Shown here one piece after another: positions 26,187 through 38,557 of a DNA stretch of 64,000 bases. Both the position numbers and the translations under genes were made by a program. The notes below the pieces were generated by a model. The model did no database searches, was not told where the DNA came from, and was given only the letters and a program-made list of their open reading frames with translations. Source of the stretch: Octopus sinensis (lineage: Eukaryota); NCBI RefSeq assembly GCF_006345805.1, contig NC_043008.1, positions 18,786,001 to 18,850,000 on the forward strand. Direction: 5' to 3'. Numbering within the stretch: position 1 is the stretch's first letter; each line of letters begins with the position of its first letter.

Positions 26187-26526
26187 AATATTTGACATCA
26201 TGTTGTCTAAAAATGGTGCTGGAATCTCCTTGATATAACTAGGATTCATTTTACTTGATTAAATAAGTACAGGAAATTACACACACACACACACACGCAC
26301 GTACAAAATGATGACTTGCAATGGAATGTTTTCAAACAAGTAAGGAGAAAATAAGAAATCAGAAATTACTCATTTTACCCCGGTTACTAATTCCACCTCG
26401 ATGTACATGAATTGATCTGGGGACGAGCCGTATATATATATGTGTGTGTGTGTGTTGTGTGTGTGTATTATATTTATATATATGTGTATGTGTGTGTGTG
26501 TGTATTATATTCATATATATATATAT

Positions 26527-26716
26527 CGTTTGCGGCTTTGTTTCATCCGCCTTCTCTTCCTTGGATCTTTCCTTTTCCTATGTTTCTGACGAAGAGCTCC
26601 GCTCGAAACGTTAAATTCTCCTTCTTTCTTTCCCTTCCTGAGCGTCCAATAACACTATACTTACTCAATGTCCTCGCGTTGTTGTGTTTTCTGTTTGTGT
26701 TTTCATGTTTGGATTA

Positions 26717-26720
<4 letters not shown>
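26527..26720 (+). mobile_element. short (TA)n-embedded element with hammerhead core, Penelope/retrozyme-like
   Basis: Homologous to 35654-35846; simple-repeat flanks on both sides. Confidence 0.75.
26582..26616 (+). ncRNA. minimal type I hammerhead ribozyme motif
   Basis: GTTT-CTGACGA-A-GAGC-TCC-GCTC-GAAA-CGT-T-AAAT: intact core, 4-bp helix II, palindromic ACGT helix III, short helix I. Confidence 0.6.
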
Positions 26721-26758
<38 letters not shown>

Positions 26759-28507
26759 GTTCGTCCCAATATCGATTCATGTACAAGATGTTGATAAGCC
26801 ACAAAAATGACGAAATATCAATATCCATCATTCCTGAACTCGATGGGAGGCGAGCTGTCTTATCAGTCTTATGTTTTAAAACTCAGCATAATGAGGAAAT
26901 CGTCCCCCTCCCAGCTGCTATGCCGCAGCGTACTGGCGCACAAACATATATATAGGTATTGTTTGCTTGTAAATATTAAACAATCTTTACTCCAACGGTT
27001 AAAATAAAAGGAAACTTAATATCTTGCGCAGAGTATATCATTGGTATCAGCTAACAATATTCCATTACGCGTTACTCAGAGTTTCATGTAATTGTCCATT
27101 TAGTATCAACCGCTGACATTTTTCATATAGTGTCATATATTTTTGTATGTATGAATGAATTGGGGTTCTACAAACTTAATACAGAGTTAAGATATTATTC
27201 AAAACTTCAATATTACATGGTTAGTAATTCCATCCCTTTTGAAACTCTTTATTGTTATGTAAATATATTTCACATGGAGTCTCATTTATTGTTCTACGGT
27301 AAAATGCACCATCTTTACATTAAACTAAATTTCCATTCGTATGTCAGCCCAATTTTACCCTTATTATATTTCACTCAAATAAATTTACAGCGATTACAGA
27401 CCAGTAAACTTTAATCGATATAACCCGGTTCATGGAAGAGGGTTAATGTTCCTAATAAAATATGCACGAAATAAAGTGAATGGAAAATCTCAAATGAATC
27501 CTGAGTCAGAAAATTCTAGGTTCGTTTCCAGAATTATTCATAGAAAGGTTAATTTAGCTGATCTTCGTTTTAGCAGCATATCAGTTTTACAATAAAATAT
27601 CGCCATGATTTTAAGTTCATAGTTGAAAGTTTTATGATTTCAATATTTGTGGGTATTTTCTTACAGCTAGCGACGTGGCTCTTGAATCAATGAATTGGAG
27701 AAAAATTCTAAAGGTTGAAAGTAGCATTTGATAGATTGCACCTATGGCAGAGAGTGGGCATTGCATTGAATTTGCTCATCGACTAGAAGTTACGAGGGAC
27801 GTACAAATTTGCTAAATGTCAACTAATAATCTAGAAAATATGTTTTTAAAGTAATATCTATTTACATAATGTTTCATAGGTTTTGAGCTGTTTCAAAATG
27901 TTAAGACATTTACCGTAAGCTTTGACGATTTATTTGGTTCGACTCAGACTGTATAACCTTTCTGCCAGCGTCTATACTTATCTACAATGGCATTGATTCC
28001 ACCAGACACCAATATGCTACTCGCATATTCTTTCCTACTTACTACATATGGAACCAAAGACAAATGTCACCGTCGTAGATTTGACAATAGCTCCATGATA
28101 CAATAAACTCTACTAACCCCTAACCTAATCACGAATGTAGTCCTATACGGACATGCAGTTGCGTTGCGGATTTTTGTAGAAAACCGAATTATCAGTAAAG
28201 CAGTCAACCGATCGTACCCCGTAAACGGTAGAATATTATGAAAGGAGACAGAGATATATTTTTTCTGATAATTTAGTTCACATTTCTACCAAATGTGTAT
28301 GTCTAAGGTTTTAAAAAACCAGGGAACTAGGAGGCTGTTGGTGGACTAGGACGACAAAAATGTTATACAATGGAATGTTTTGGTAAATTCGCTTGTTGTG
28401 AGGATACATGAAGTAAAATGCTTTGGGCCCGTCTCTTCGTCTGTAAAAGACAGGAAAAAATGGAACGAGGAAGGGATGTTCCCTCGCTCTCTTTTTCTCT
28501 CTCTCTT

Positions 28508-28565
<58 letters not shown>

Positions 28566-29211
28566 AGATGATGATGATGATGATGGTAAAATCTCAAAAT
28601 ATCAAATTCCACTCCTTTACAGAGGTAAGCACATGAATTTCACTCTATTATTTAGAGTAAAAGATCAAGTGCATTTTTTTTCTATTCTATAACTAAAATA
28701 AATATTGATTTTTATATAAATATTGATTTTATAAATTCTGCAAAGCATCAAATTTGTGAAGAGAGAGAGAGAGAGAGGAAGAAATATTTTCTGGCCACAA
28801 AACCGAAACAGAAAAGAGGAATTAGGGCTCCACTGCTGCCGATACCATTGCTGAAACACCAGAAGCAGCCAGGAAAAAGGAGCAATAATAATAACAACAT
28901 CAATAGTAACATCAACAACAACAGCAACAACAACAACAAATACAACGACTACAACTGCATCAGAAACTGAGGAAACAGAAATAGCAGAAGCACTAACATC
29001 ATCATTCGTTAGCAACAGATGTAACGGAAAATAATGGCGCTAACATAATAATCGGTAACCAGGAGACATCCCAACCCATCACTCTTTCTTTCCCAACTCT
29101 TTATTGGTCTCCACCCCCACTCCTACATGTACGGGTGAGCAAAATTTAAGCAGATATGAAGGCTATACATAATAAACAGAGCGAAAAGTGGGGAATTAGA
29201 GAAAAAGAAAT

Positions 29212-29325
29212 CTGTGGTTTTGAGCAGAATGTTTACTGTAGCCCATCTTTTACACCAAGACAAAACAGGTTCATGTTATCACTTCCAATCAATTAAGTTC
29301 AGAAGCCATCAGAGCCACTGCCTTG
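29212..29325 (-). mobile_element. fragment of the 555-bp (TAA)n-associated element
   Basis: Matches 32458-32575. Confidence 0.75.
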
Positions 29326-29330
29326 TATTA

Positions 29331-29401
<71 letters not shown>

Positions 29402-29404
<3 letters not shown>

Positions 29405-29504
29405 TAGTTTTATTTTTTATAGCGTGCTTTCACTTCACTACCGAGCGCAGCTCTGTGTGCCTTGGGTATGTGCTGTGATTTGTTGTGATGCTCTGATGGT
29501 TATT

Positions 29505-29505
<1 letters not shown>
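29402..29505 (-). mobile_element. extra copy of the Dong/R4 LINE 3' UTR
   Basis: Apparently identical to 29552-29655; (TTA)n on both sides. Confidence 0.9.
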
Positions 29506-29551
<46 letters not shown>

Positions 29552-29554
<3 letters not shown>

Positions 29555-30535
29555 TAGTTTTATTTTTATAGCGTGCTTTCACTTCACTACCGAGCGCAGC
29601 TCTGTGTGCCTTGGGTATGTGCTGTGATTTGTTGTGATGCTCTGATGGTTATTGTATGGAAAGTGTTCTGCGTAGGATGTGTGCAGTGCCTAGTAGTGCA
29701 ATTTTCTGTATGTTATATGTGTTTGTAAGTCCTGGTGTTTTTGTTATGTATTTGTCTGAATTTTTTTTATCATGCCTAATGCACCTACTATGATAGGAAT
29801 TGTTTCTGTTTTTAGATTCCACATTCTAGTTACCTCTATTTCCAGGTCTTTGTATTTTGAGAGTTTCTCCATTTCTTTTAGAAAGACGTTGTCATCTGCC
29901 GGTATTGATACATCAATTAGAAAGCATTTTTTTCTTCATGATCTCTGACAACTATATATGGTCTGTTGGCCTTAATTTCTCTATCTGTGTGTATCGGCAT
30001 ATCCCAGAGTATGGTTGCTTTCTCGTTTTCTGTGACCTTTTCTGGTGTGTGCCTATACCATCTTTTTTCTGTTGTTATTCCATAATGTTGGCATAGCTTC
30101 CAATGTATGTAGGCTCTAACTCTGTCATGTCTGTGAATATATTCCTTCTTAGCCAGGACTGGGCAGCTAGAGATAATATGATTTATTGTTTCTTGTCCAT
30201 CTCCACATATTCTGCAGTTACTTGTAATATTTCTTTTCATTACATGTTTTTGGTAATTTCTGGTGGGGAGGCTTTGGACTTGTGCTGCAATTAAAAATCC
30301 CTCTGTTTCTGCTTTGAGTCCTGAGCTTCTCAACCATTGCTGGGATTTTTCTTTGTCTATTTCTTTTGCGTTTAGTTTAGTCCAGTATTTACCATGAAGG
30401 GGCTTTTCTTGCCATCGTTTTATCATGGTTCGTTGCTGTTCTATTTTTAGTTTGGATTTCATTTGTTTTATAGCTTTTGTTGTTTCTTCATCTTCTTCTT
30501 CTTCTTCTTCATGTTTATTAGGTGGTATGATTTCT
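29552..30535 (-). mobile_element. 5'-truncated Dong/R4-type (RLE) non-LTR retrotransposon
   Basis: LKAETEGFLIAAQ, CCHC knuckle CRICG...HIISSC, RHD, ILWD, NRPY (catalytic D lost), frameshift in A-run at about 29925, then LIDVSIP...KLSKYKDL...IPIIVGALG...LSIQ* (stop 29649); (TAA)n flanks. Confidence 0.9.
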
Positions 30536-30561
30536 TGTTTGTATTATTATTATTATTATTA

Positions 30562-30610
<49 letters not shown>

Positions 30611-30628
30611 GTTATTATTATTATTATT

Positions 30629-31120
30629 GAGTGAGAGATCAGTGCGTCAAAGTGACACTGAGATGAAATATACAAAGCCCAGTATACCTATCATGACTAC
30701 CCGTCTGATAAGGCTACACCAGACACATGCCTCACAACTATATGTGTGCGACATGGTAATATCATACAAAGATTAACAGCCCATTATTTTGTAGGTAGGG
30801 CCCAGTTAGAATTATCTTCAGGTCGAGTAGGCCAACCCGCACAAATGGCTCCTGAATAAGGCTTGCTTCAATGATGTTGAACGAAACACTCATGTTTCCA
30901 AAGGTGAATTATTCAAACCCCAAAGAATTCCTCTCAACACATTGATATGACGCCACCCACCACTACTGCTGCTCGTGATCAGACATGTACCAAGGGACAT
31001 GCTCAACTGGTTATGGTCAAACAGCTGACGAGCAAATCTGTGGTATTGAGCAGACAACACTTCCAATCAGTTAAGATCCGGAGCCATGAGAACCACTGCC
31101 TGGTACTGCATCAGGGCATT
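30629..31120 (-). mobile_element. 555-bp (TAA)n-associated element, older copy with deletions
   Basis: GAGTGAGAG...CAGGGCATT termini; (TTA)n flanks. Confidence 0.85.
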
Positions 31121-31130
31121 ATTGTTATTA

Positions 31131-31191
<61 letters not shown>

Positions 31192-31194
31192 CAC

Positions 31195-31236
<42 letters not shown>

Positions 31237-31489
31237 TATCATCATCTTTAAATTTGTTATTTGTTGGTAGATCCCTTCAGAGACTTACGTATTCTAAATT
31301 TTGTATGCTGTTACATCCTATGGTGTTACTGAGAAATCAATAGACACCCTACTGCTATTCGTTGTTACAACAAACCTCGCTGTTTTCTAAGATAAACAAG
31401 GATCAACTTTAACTAATGTGTGTCTTCTTTCTATCCACATTCAACATTTTCTTCTTCTTCAGTCATTATTGCTTTTTGCACAAAAGGTT

Positions 31490-31518
31490 TTTCATTATTA
31501 TTATTATTATCATTATCA

Positions 31519-31568
<50 letters not shown>

Positions 31569-31586
31569 GTTATCATCATCATCATC

Positions 31587-31619
<33 letters not shown>

Positions 31620-31650
31620 GGTGGTGGTGGTGGTGATGGTGGTGGTATTG

Positions 31651-31694
<44 letters not shown>

Positions 31695-31776
31695 GGTGGT
31701 GGTGGTGATGGTGGTGGTATTGGTAGTAGTAGTAGTAGTAGTGGTGGTGGTGGTGGTGGTGATGGTGGTGGTATTG

Positions 31777-31814
<38 letters not shown>

Positions 31815-31863
31815 TGTAGTAGTAGTAGTAGTAGTAGTTGTAGTTGTAGTAGTGGTGGTGGTG

Positions 31864-31899
<36 letters not shown>

Positions 31900-31900
31900 G
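31490..31900. repeat. compound trinucleotide repeat (TAT/CAT/TAG/TGG)
   Basis: Direct reading. Confidence 0.95.
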
Positions 31901-32031
31901 TGCAATTATCAGCAGTCGAAGCATCAGTTTCGCAATCATCATCATATTCACCCCGCCACCACATCATTTTCGTTTACACCTCCAGTATCACCACCACTCT
32001 CGTTGCTATGATTACTATTATTATTATTATT

Positions 32032-32589
32032 GAGTGAGAGAGCAGTTCATGCCATCAAAGTGACACTGGGGTAAAATATACGAAGCCCAATATACCCATC
32101 ATGACTACCCGTCTGATAAAGGTACACCAGGCACATGCATCACAGCCATATGTGCGCGACATGGTGATCTCATATCAAGATAAACAGCACATGACCTTGC
32201 AGGTGGGGCCCAGTTAGAATTTTCTTCAGGTTGAGTAACCCATCCCGCTCAAACGGTCCCTGAATAAGGGTTGTTTAAGGATGTTGAAAGAACCACCCAT
32301 GTTTCCAGAGGTGAATTATTCAAACCCCAAAGAATCCCTCTCAACACATGGCTATGATGCTCCCCCACTACTTCTGCTCGTGATCAGAGATGCACATATC
32401 GTCAGCCACTAAGGGACATGTTCAACTGGTTACGGTCAAACAACTGACAAGCAAATCTGTGGTATTGAGCAGAATATTTGCTGTAGCCCATCTTTTATAC
32501 CAAGACAAAACAATGTACATGATAACACTTCCAATCAGTTAAGATCAGAAGCCATGAGAGCCACTGCCTGGTACTGCATCAGGGCATTT
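32032..32589 (-). mobile_element. 555-bp (TAA)n-associated non-coding element, full length
   Basis: About a dozen substitutions from 52951-53507 (by eye); (TTA)n on both sides; strand inferred from truncation pattern. Confidence 0.9.
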
Positions 32590-32599
32590 ATTATTATTA

Positions 32600-32656
<57 letters not shown>

Positions 32657-32670
32657 CATCATCATTATTA

Positions 32671-32705
<35 letters not shown>

Positions 32706-33185
32706 GCTCTTCTGCTTCTTCTTCTTCTTCTTATTATTATTATTATTATTATTATCATTATTATTATTATTACTGTTATTATTGTTCTTGTTGTTGTTAT
32801 ATCATTTACTATTAAAAACATTTTTTTGCTTGGATGTGTCTGACCTTTAGCAAATATTATGGCTTTTGCGCCGAAAATAAGACAAGAGAATCTAGTTCTG
32901 TTCAGTTGATGTTAAATGACCTAAGGATTCTTCGATGCAAAACTTAGTCAAGAATCTATAGATAGTGATTTTCTGACAAGTATTAGCCGTTGCGGAAGTA
33001 GTAGGAGCGCTTCCAACAAGACAGAAGTCTAAGAAGATATTAAAGAAAATATTATCTTGAGTTGAGGCTGTAAAAGACACTTCATACTCTTGATCAGTGA
33101 GAACAACCGAACATCTCGCAGCACATACAAGCATCGAAATATACATATAGGCACACACAACATATATACATGCATACATACATAC

Positions 33186-33231
<46 letters not shown>

Positions 33232-33244
33232 GTATATATGTATG

Positions 33245-33278
<34 letters not shown>

Positions 33279-33288
33279 ATATATATAT

Positions 33289-33354
<66 letters not shown>

Positions 33355-33533
33355 TACATATATGGATATGTATGTATGTATATATATATACATATATATA
33401 TATAAAGAGTGAGAGAAATTTATACATATACATACACCCACACACACACTCATATATATAATACATATGTTATACAATATATATATACATATATATTATA
33501 TAACATATCTAAAATAGGTATATATATATATAT

Positions 33534-33571
<38 letters not shown>

Positions 33572-33703
33572 AATAGATAGAGAGAAATTTACACGTATAT
33601 ATATATATATATGAGTGTGTTGTGTGTGTTTGATGCGTGTCTGTATGTACGTATCTATGTTTCTATGCATGTATGTGTGCGTGTATGTGTGTATGTGTAT
33701 ATA

Positions 33704-33748
<45 letters not shown>

Positions 33749-34324
33749 CTGTGTGTATGACTTTCTATGCAAATCAAGAAAGAAGAAGGAAGAAAGAAGC
33801 CAGATGGACGTTGAAACGTATCGATTGCCGGTTTTTATATAAACGTGAGGGCCGGAAATCCGATGGTGAACATATGTGGCACGGCGGGCTGCTTATTTTC
33901 CTTGTAATGAATGACAACTAAAGTAATATACTGGCAATATCTTTAACCCAGTCGTTTCTCTTAACGCTCTTACTCCTACAGCGCGGCAAAGGAAGAGGGG
34001 GAAAAAATCAGAATGAAAATAGACACGATCCTGACAGCATTATTTGATTCTTATAACACGAAGCTGTGGAATATATAGTTATTTACTCTAGCGTTCTTAT
34101 TACGTTTTCTATTACGTTCTTTTATTTTCAGCCATGATAAGCGAGATGACTGGAGAGACGAGATATCTGAAGAAGTCTTTGTAAACAAAAAAAGAAAAAA
34201 ATGACTGACCAAGGAATAGCCAATCATATAGGTGAACAGGGAATATCGGAGCAAGTATTACTGGTAAAATGTTACCAAGGTAACATTTTATAATTAATTG
34301 CTTGCTTATTCTTAATTGCTGGGA

Positions 34325-34555
34325 GGCGGCAAGCTGGCAGAAACGTTAGCACGCCGGGAGAAATGCGTAGCCGTATTTCGTCTGCCGTTTCGTTCTGAGT
34401 TCAAATTCAGCCGAGGTCGACTTTGCCTTTCCTTCTTTTCGGGGTCGATAAATTAAGTACCAGTTAGGCACTGAGGTCGATGTAATCGACTTAATCTGTT
34501 TGTCTGTCCTTGTTTGTCCCCTCTGTGTTTAGCCCCTTGTGGGTAGTAAAGACAT
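34325..34555 (+). mobile_element. SINE family A monomer
   Basis: Near consensus. Confidence 0.9.
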
Positions 34556-34579
34556 ATATATTGCGATTACAGAAATATT

Positions 34580-34765
34580 GATTTCAAATTTTGGCACAAG
34601 GCTAGCACTTTCAGATAAGGGGATAAGTCGATTACATTGACCCCAGTGCTCAACTCCTATTTATTTTATCGACCCCTTCGGTGACATTTCAACTCAGAAC
34701 TAATAGTAGGATGAAACACTGCTAAGAATTTTCCCAGGGAGTTGACGTTTCTAGTAGATGGCTGC
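34580..34765 (-). mobile_element. old SINE family A-like copy
   Basis: AAGTCGATTACATTGACCCCAG; TSD TTGCGATTACAGAAATATT / TTGCGGTTACTGAAATATT. Confidence 0.7.
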
Positions 34766-35309
34766 GTTGCGGTTACTGAAATATTCCCAAGTAAAAACCG
34801 GTAAAAAAACAGATATATATAAAAGAGAGAACTAAACATTATGTTTAGCGATATATTTCTATAGAGAAAGAACTAGTAAACACAACATTTTCCCTTATTA
34901 CATCCTAAATATATCGTTAGAGGTAAGGCATAAACAGTGTGCTATATAAGTTTTATAGGAACACAGTAGTATACTACAAAAGCCTCTAATAATCCGCATC
35001 GGCAAATATGATACTAACACTTCAAACAATAGAATATATTTTTTATTACATGAAACGAAAAATAAAAACATGAGGTTTAGAGCAGAAACCTATATCGGAG
35101 AAATATGAGTTAACTAGAGAAAGATAGATATCCAGATTTAAACGCATATCATCTCTTCTTTCTCACGACGTAACTGTATTGCACTGTTTGCGGTGTTTTA
35201 TATAACATTTCGTCAGCTACTGTATGTGTAATTGTTAAGTAAAGCCGGCTTCATCGATACGATGTCACATATACGGATATGAATGTTAGACATGGTCAGG
35301 GACATGAGG

Positions 35310-35480
35310 CATGCATGCATGGCTGTACGATTAAGAAGCCTCCTTTGCAATCACATGATTTCGGGTTCGGTCCCACTGTGCGGTACCTTGGACAGGTGTC
35401 TTCTAATCTAGCACTCTTCCCATCAATGCCTAGCAATGAAACTTGGTAGACAGAAACTCTGTGAAAGGCCGTCCTATACA
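35310..35480 (+). mobile_element. SINE family B head, diverged
   Basis: GGGTTCGGTCCCACTG...TTGGTAGACAGAAACT. Confidence 0.65.
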
Positions 35481-35594
35481 TGCATACATACATACATACA
35501 TACCTACATACATACATACATACATACTTACTTACATATATACGTACATACATACAAATGTATATATACATATATATGTGTATATATATCTATG

Positions 35595-35649
<55 letters not shown>

Positions 35650-35653
35650 ATAT

Positions 35654-35846
35654 GTAGTTAATCCGAAAATGAAAACACAAAGCGAAAACACAACACGAGG
35701 ACGTGGAACAAGTATAGTGTTTTTGGACGCTCAGGAAAGGAAAGAAAGAAGGAGGATTTAACGTTTTGAGCGGATCTCTTCGTTAGAAACATAGAAAAGG
35801 GAAATATCCAAGGAAGGGAAGACGGAGGAAAAACATCGCCAACGAT
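35654..35846 (-). mobile_element. second copy of the hammerhead-core element, core mutated
   Basis: rc TTT-CTAACGA-A-GAGA-TCC-GCTC-AAAA-CGTT-AAA; (TA)n on both sides. Confidence 0.75.
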
Positions 35847-35850
35847 ACAC

Positions 35851-35995
<145 letters not shown>

Positions 35996-36004
35996 ATATA
36001 TATA

Positions 36005-36043
<39 letters not shown>

Positions 36044-36329
36044 TATATAATTATATATATAGATATATACATAGGCAAGACATTCAACCACTGAGATTTG
36101 AAATCAGATATCACTACTGGTCATATCATCTGTGGATAAATTTTAAAATTAATGATATCACCAGCAGTGACATAGACGGAACGCAGGCGCAATAGCATTA
36201 AATAGCTATGAATTATAAATTTGCACGAAACGTAATGATGCTTAACAAGCATCTACCTGCTAGAAATAAGAGCATGAACCTGCCTGAGGGTTGTAGTAAG
36301 GGTACATTTACTGTGGAACAGTACTTCCA

Positions 36330-36508
36330 CGTGACCGATGTTTGTGTTTTTTTCCGTCCCCGTAACATAGCGGTTCAGTAGAAGGAACCGACAGAATATA
36401 TACCAGGCTTACAAAGAATACGTTCTGGGGTCGAATTCTTCGATTAAAAGGCGGTGCTCCAGTTTGGCCCCAGTCAAGTGACTGAAACAAGTTAAAGAGT
36501 AAAGAGTG
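36330..36508 (+). mobile_element. SINE family B, 3' half
   Basis: GGCGGTGCTCCAG...GACTGAAACAAG. Confidence 0.7.
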
Positions 36509-36685
36509 CGCATATATATATATTCATATATATAAGAAGGAATTTTTTATATTCCGAAATATTATAACCTATCAGACTATGAATAATTAAATTATAACAG
36601 TTATTATAGTCCACTCTCCATTCTTGTGTCATCCAAGACACGTTATATTTCACAATAAATAGTAAATAATACATAGTATGTAACT

Positions 36686-37144
36686 GTCGTCGAAGCAACA
36701 CGTTTTTGTTCGTCTCCCGCGGTCATAAGGCACAACTTCATAAGCCAGCCCCAACTCAACTCATCCTGTCGAAAGACCCTTGTCCTACGTCCTGGTTTTG
36801 TTTTGTTTTTTATCTTTACCGTTATTGTCTTTACGTTTTTGTATTCTTATTCGTGCTTTCCTTATTGTTGTCACGTATTCTGTATTTTTATTCATGTACA
36901 TCGTTCGTTTTCTGTCCTTGTGTTGTATACATTCGAAGCTTTCTTCCAAGGGATCTAATGCGCTTGGCTTAGATTTCCCTTGGGGGCTGCCCAGATCGGA
37001 GCAATCTCAAGATTAATCAGCCGAAATTGCGAAGATGATCTGGTTCTTGACTGATGACTGAGGGCTTCGAATGTCCCGTCCTGTGGTTCTTGTGTCGTCT
37101 CCTTGGTGTTTCTGTTCTTGTCCATGTTTGTATTTATTTTTTAC

Positions 37145-37150
<6 letters not shown>
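36686..37150 (+). mobile_element. pyrimidine-rich inserted element, possibly Penelope-derived
   Basis: Flanked by a 55-bp direct duplication; internal hairpin; (TA)n tail. Confidence 0.5.
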
Positions 37151-37199
<49 letters not shown>

Positions 37200-37251
37200 C
37201 CAAGATACGTTGTATTTCACAATAAATAGTAAATAATACATAGTATCGAAC

Positions 37252-37447
<196 letters not shown>

Positions 37448-38135
37448 TATACATACAGTGCACATTTAAGCACATAAGATAAAAACAGTTATCATCTAAC
37501 TCCAGGTGTTAGATGGTAATTTGTTTTTTCATTTTTCATTCCCTTCGATTTTTATCTCTAATACTGGTTCGGAATTTAACTGTCCTTTCTAGCGTGTAGG
37601 TAGTCCTAAGATGTGTACACTTAAATGTACACTGTTTTTATATGAATAATATATAGTGTATTGATTAAATTTTTTACACGCTAGGCCACTGACAATAGAA
37701 ATTTTTCTAATATTTCCGATTATTCTTTGATAATATTAATTATATATATATATATATACCAGTAGAATTCAAATTATATTATACCGACAGGAGATGAGAT
37801 ATGAGCGATACATTGTTCGATCAGTTCAAGTCACATATTAGTGAACTAGAGCTATACCTGAACAATGGACACAGTTTTCTTTGTAGTGACGATGTATGTA
37901 CATATTCGCGTATATGTGAGCAATCAATCGTCTTTAATATATACACAATTCATAGTTGTAGTTAACTACATAATTAGTAAGGGTATTGTTTCGTTGACAC
38001 GTATTATTTAGCTCTATTGCTAACATAATGATTGCTATAATTCTATTATATGATATATATTGTTAAAATATATTGCTATGAGCGTACTATTAAAGACAAA
38101 ACGTTTTATAATCACGTACCAGTACATTGTCAGAA

Positions 38136-38169
<34 letters not shown>

Positions 38170-38189
38170 GCAGCTGCTGCTGCTGCTAC

Positions 38190-38253
<64 letters not shown>

Positions 38254-38275
38254 TGTTGTTATGTTGTTGTTTTAG

Positions 38276-38490
38276 GGCGGCGACCTGGCAGAAACGTTAG
38301 CACGCAGGGCGAAATGCACAGCGGTACTTCGTCTGCCGTTACGTTCTGAGTTCAAATTCCACCGATATCGACATTGCCTTTCATCCCTTTTAGGGGTCGA
38401 TAAATTAAGTACCAGCTTTGTACTGGGGTCGATCTAATCAACTGGCCCCCTCCCCCAAAATTTTGGGCCTTGTGCCTAGAGTAGGAAAAA
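38276..38490 (+). mobile_element. SINE family A monomer, tail type 1
   Basis: ...CAACTGGCCCCCTCCCCCAAAATTTTGGGCCTTGTGCCTAGAGTAGG. Confidence 0.85.
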
Positions 38491-38557
38491 TATATTGCTA
38501 TTAGCGCATTTTAAAAGACGAAACGTTTTATAATCTTGTACTAGTACATTGTCAGAC

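Noticed and set aside
28748-29015. ORFs around the (AAC/AAT)n tract
   Set aside because: Low complexity, no homology recognised; possibly UTR-like but unsupported.
33060-33120. Minus-strand CTGATCAAGAGT next to (TA)n
   Set aside because: No downstream GAAA or matching stem.
37015-37080. Type I or II hammerhead using CTGATGA at 37051
   Set aside because: Helices cannot be closed in either permutation.
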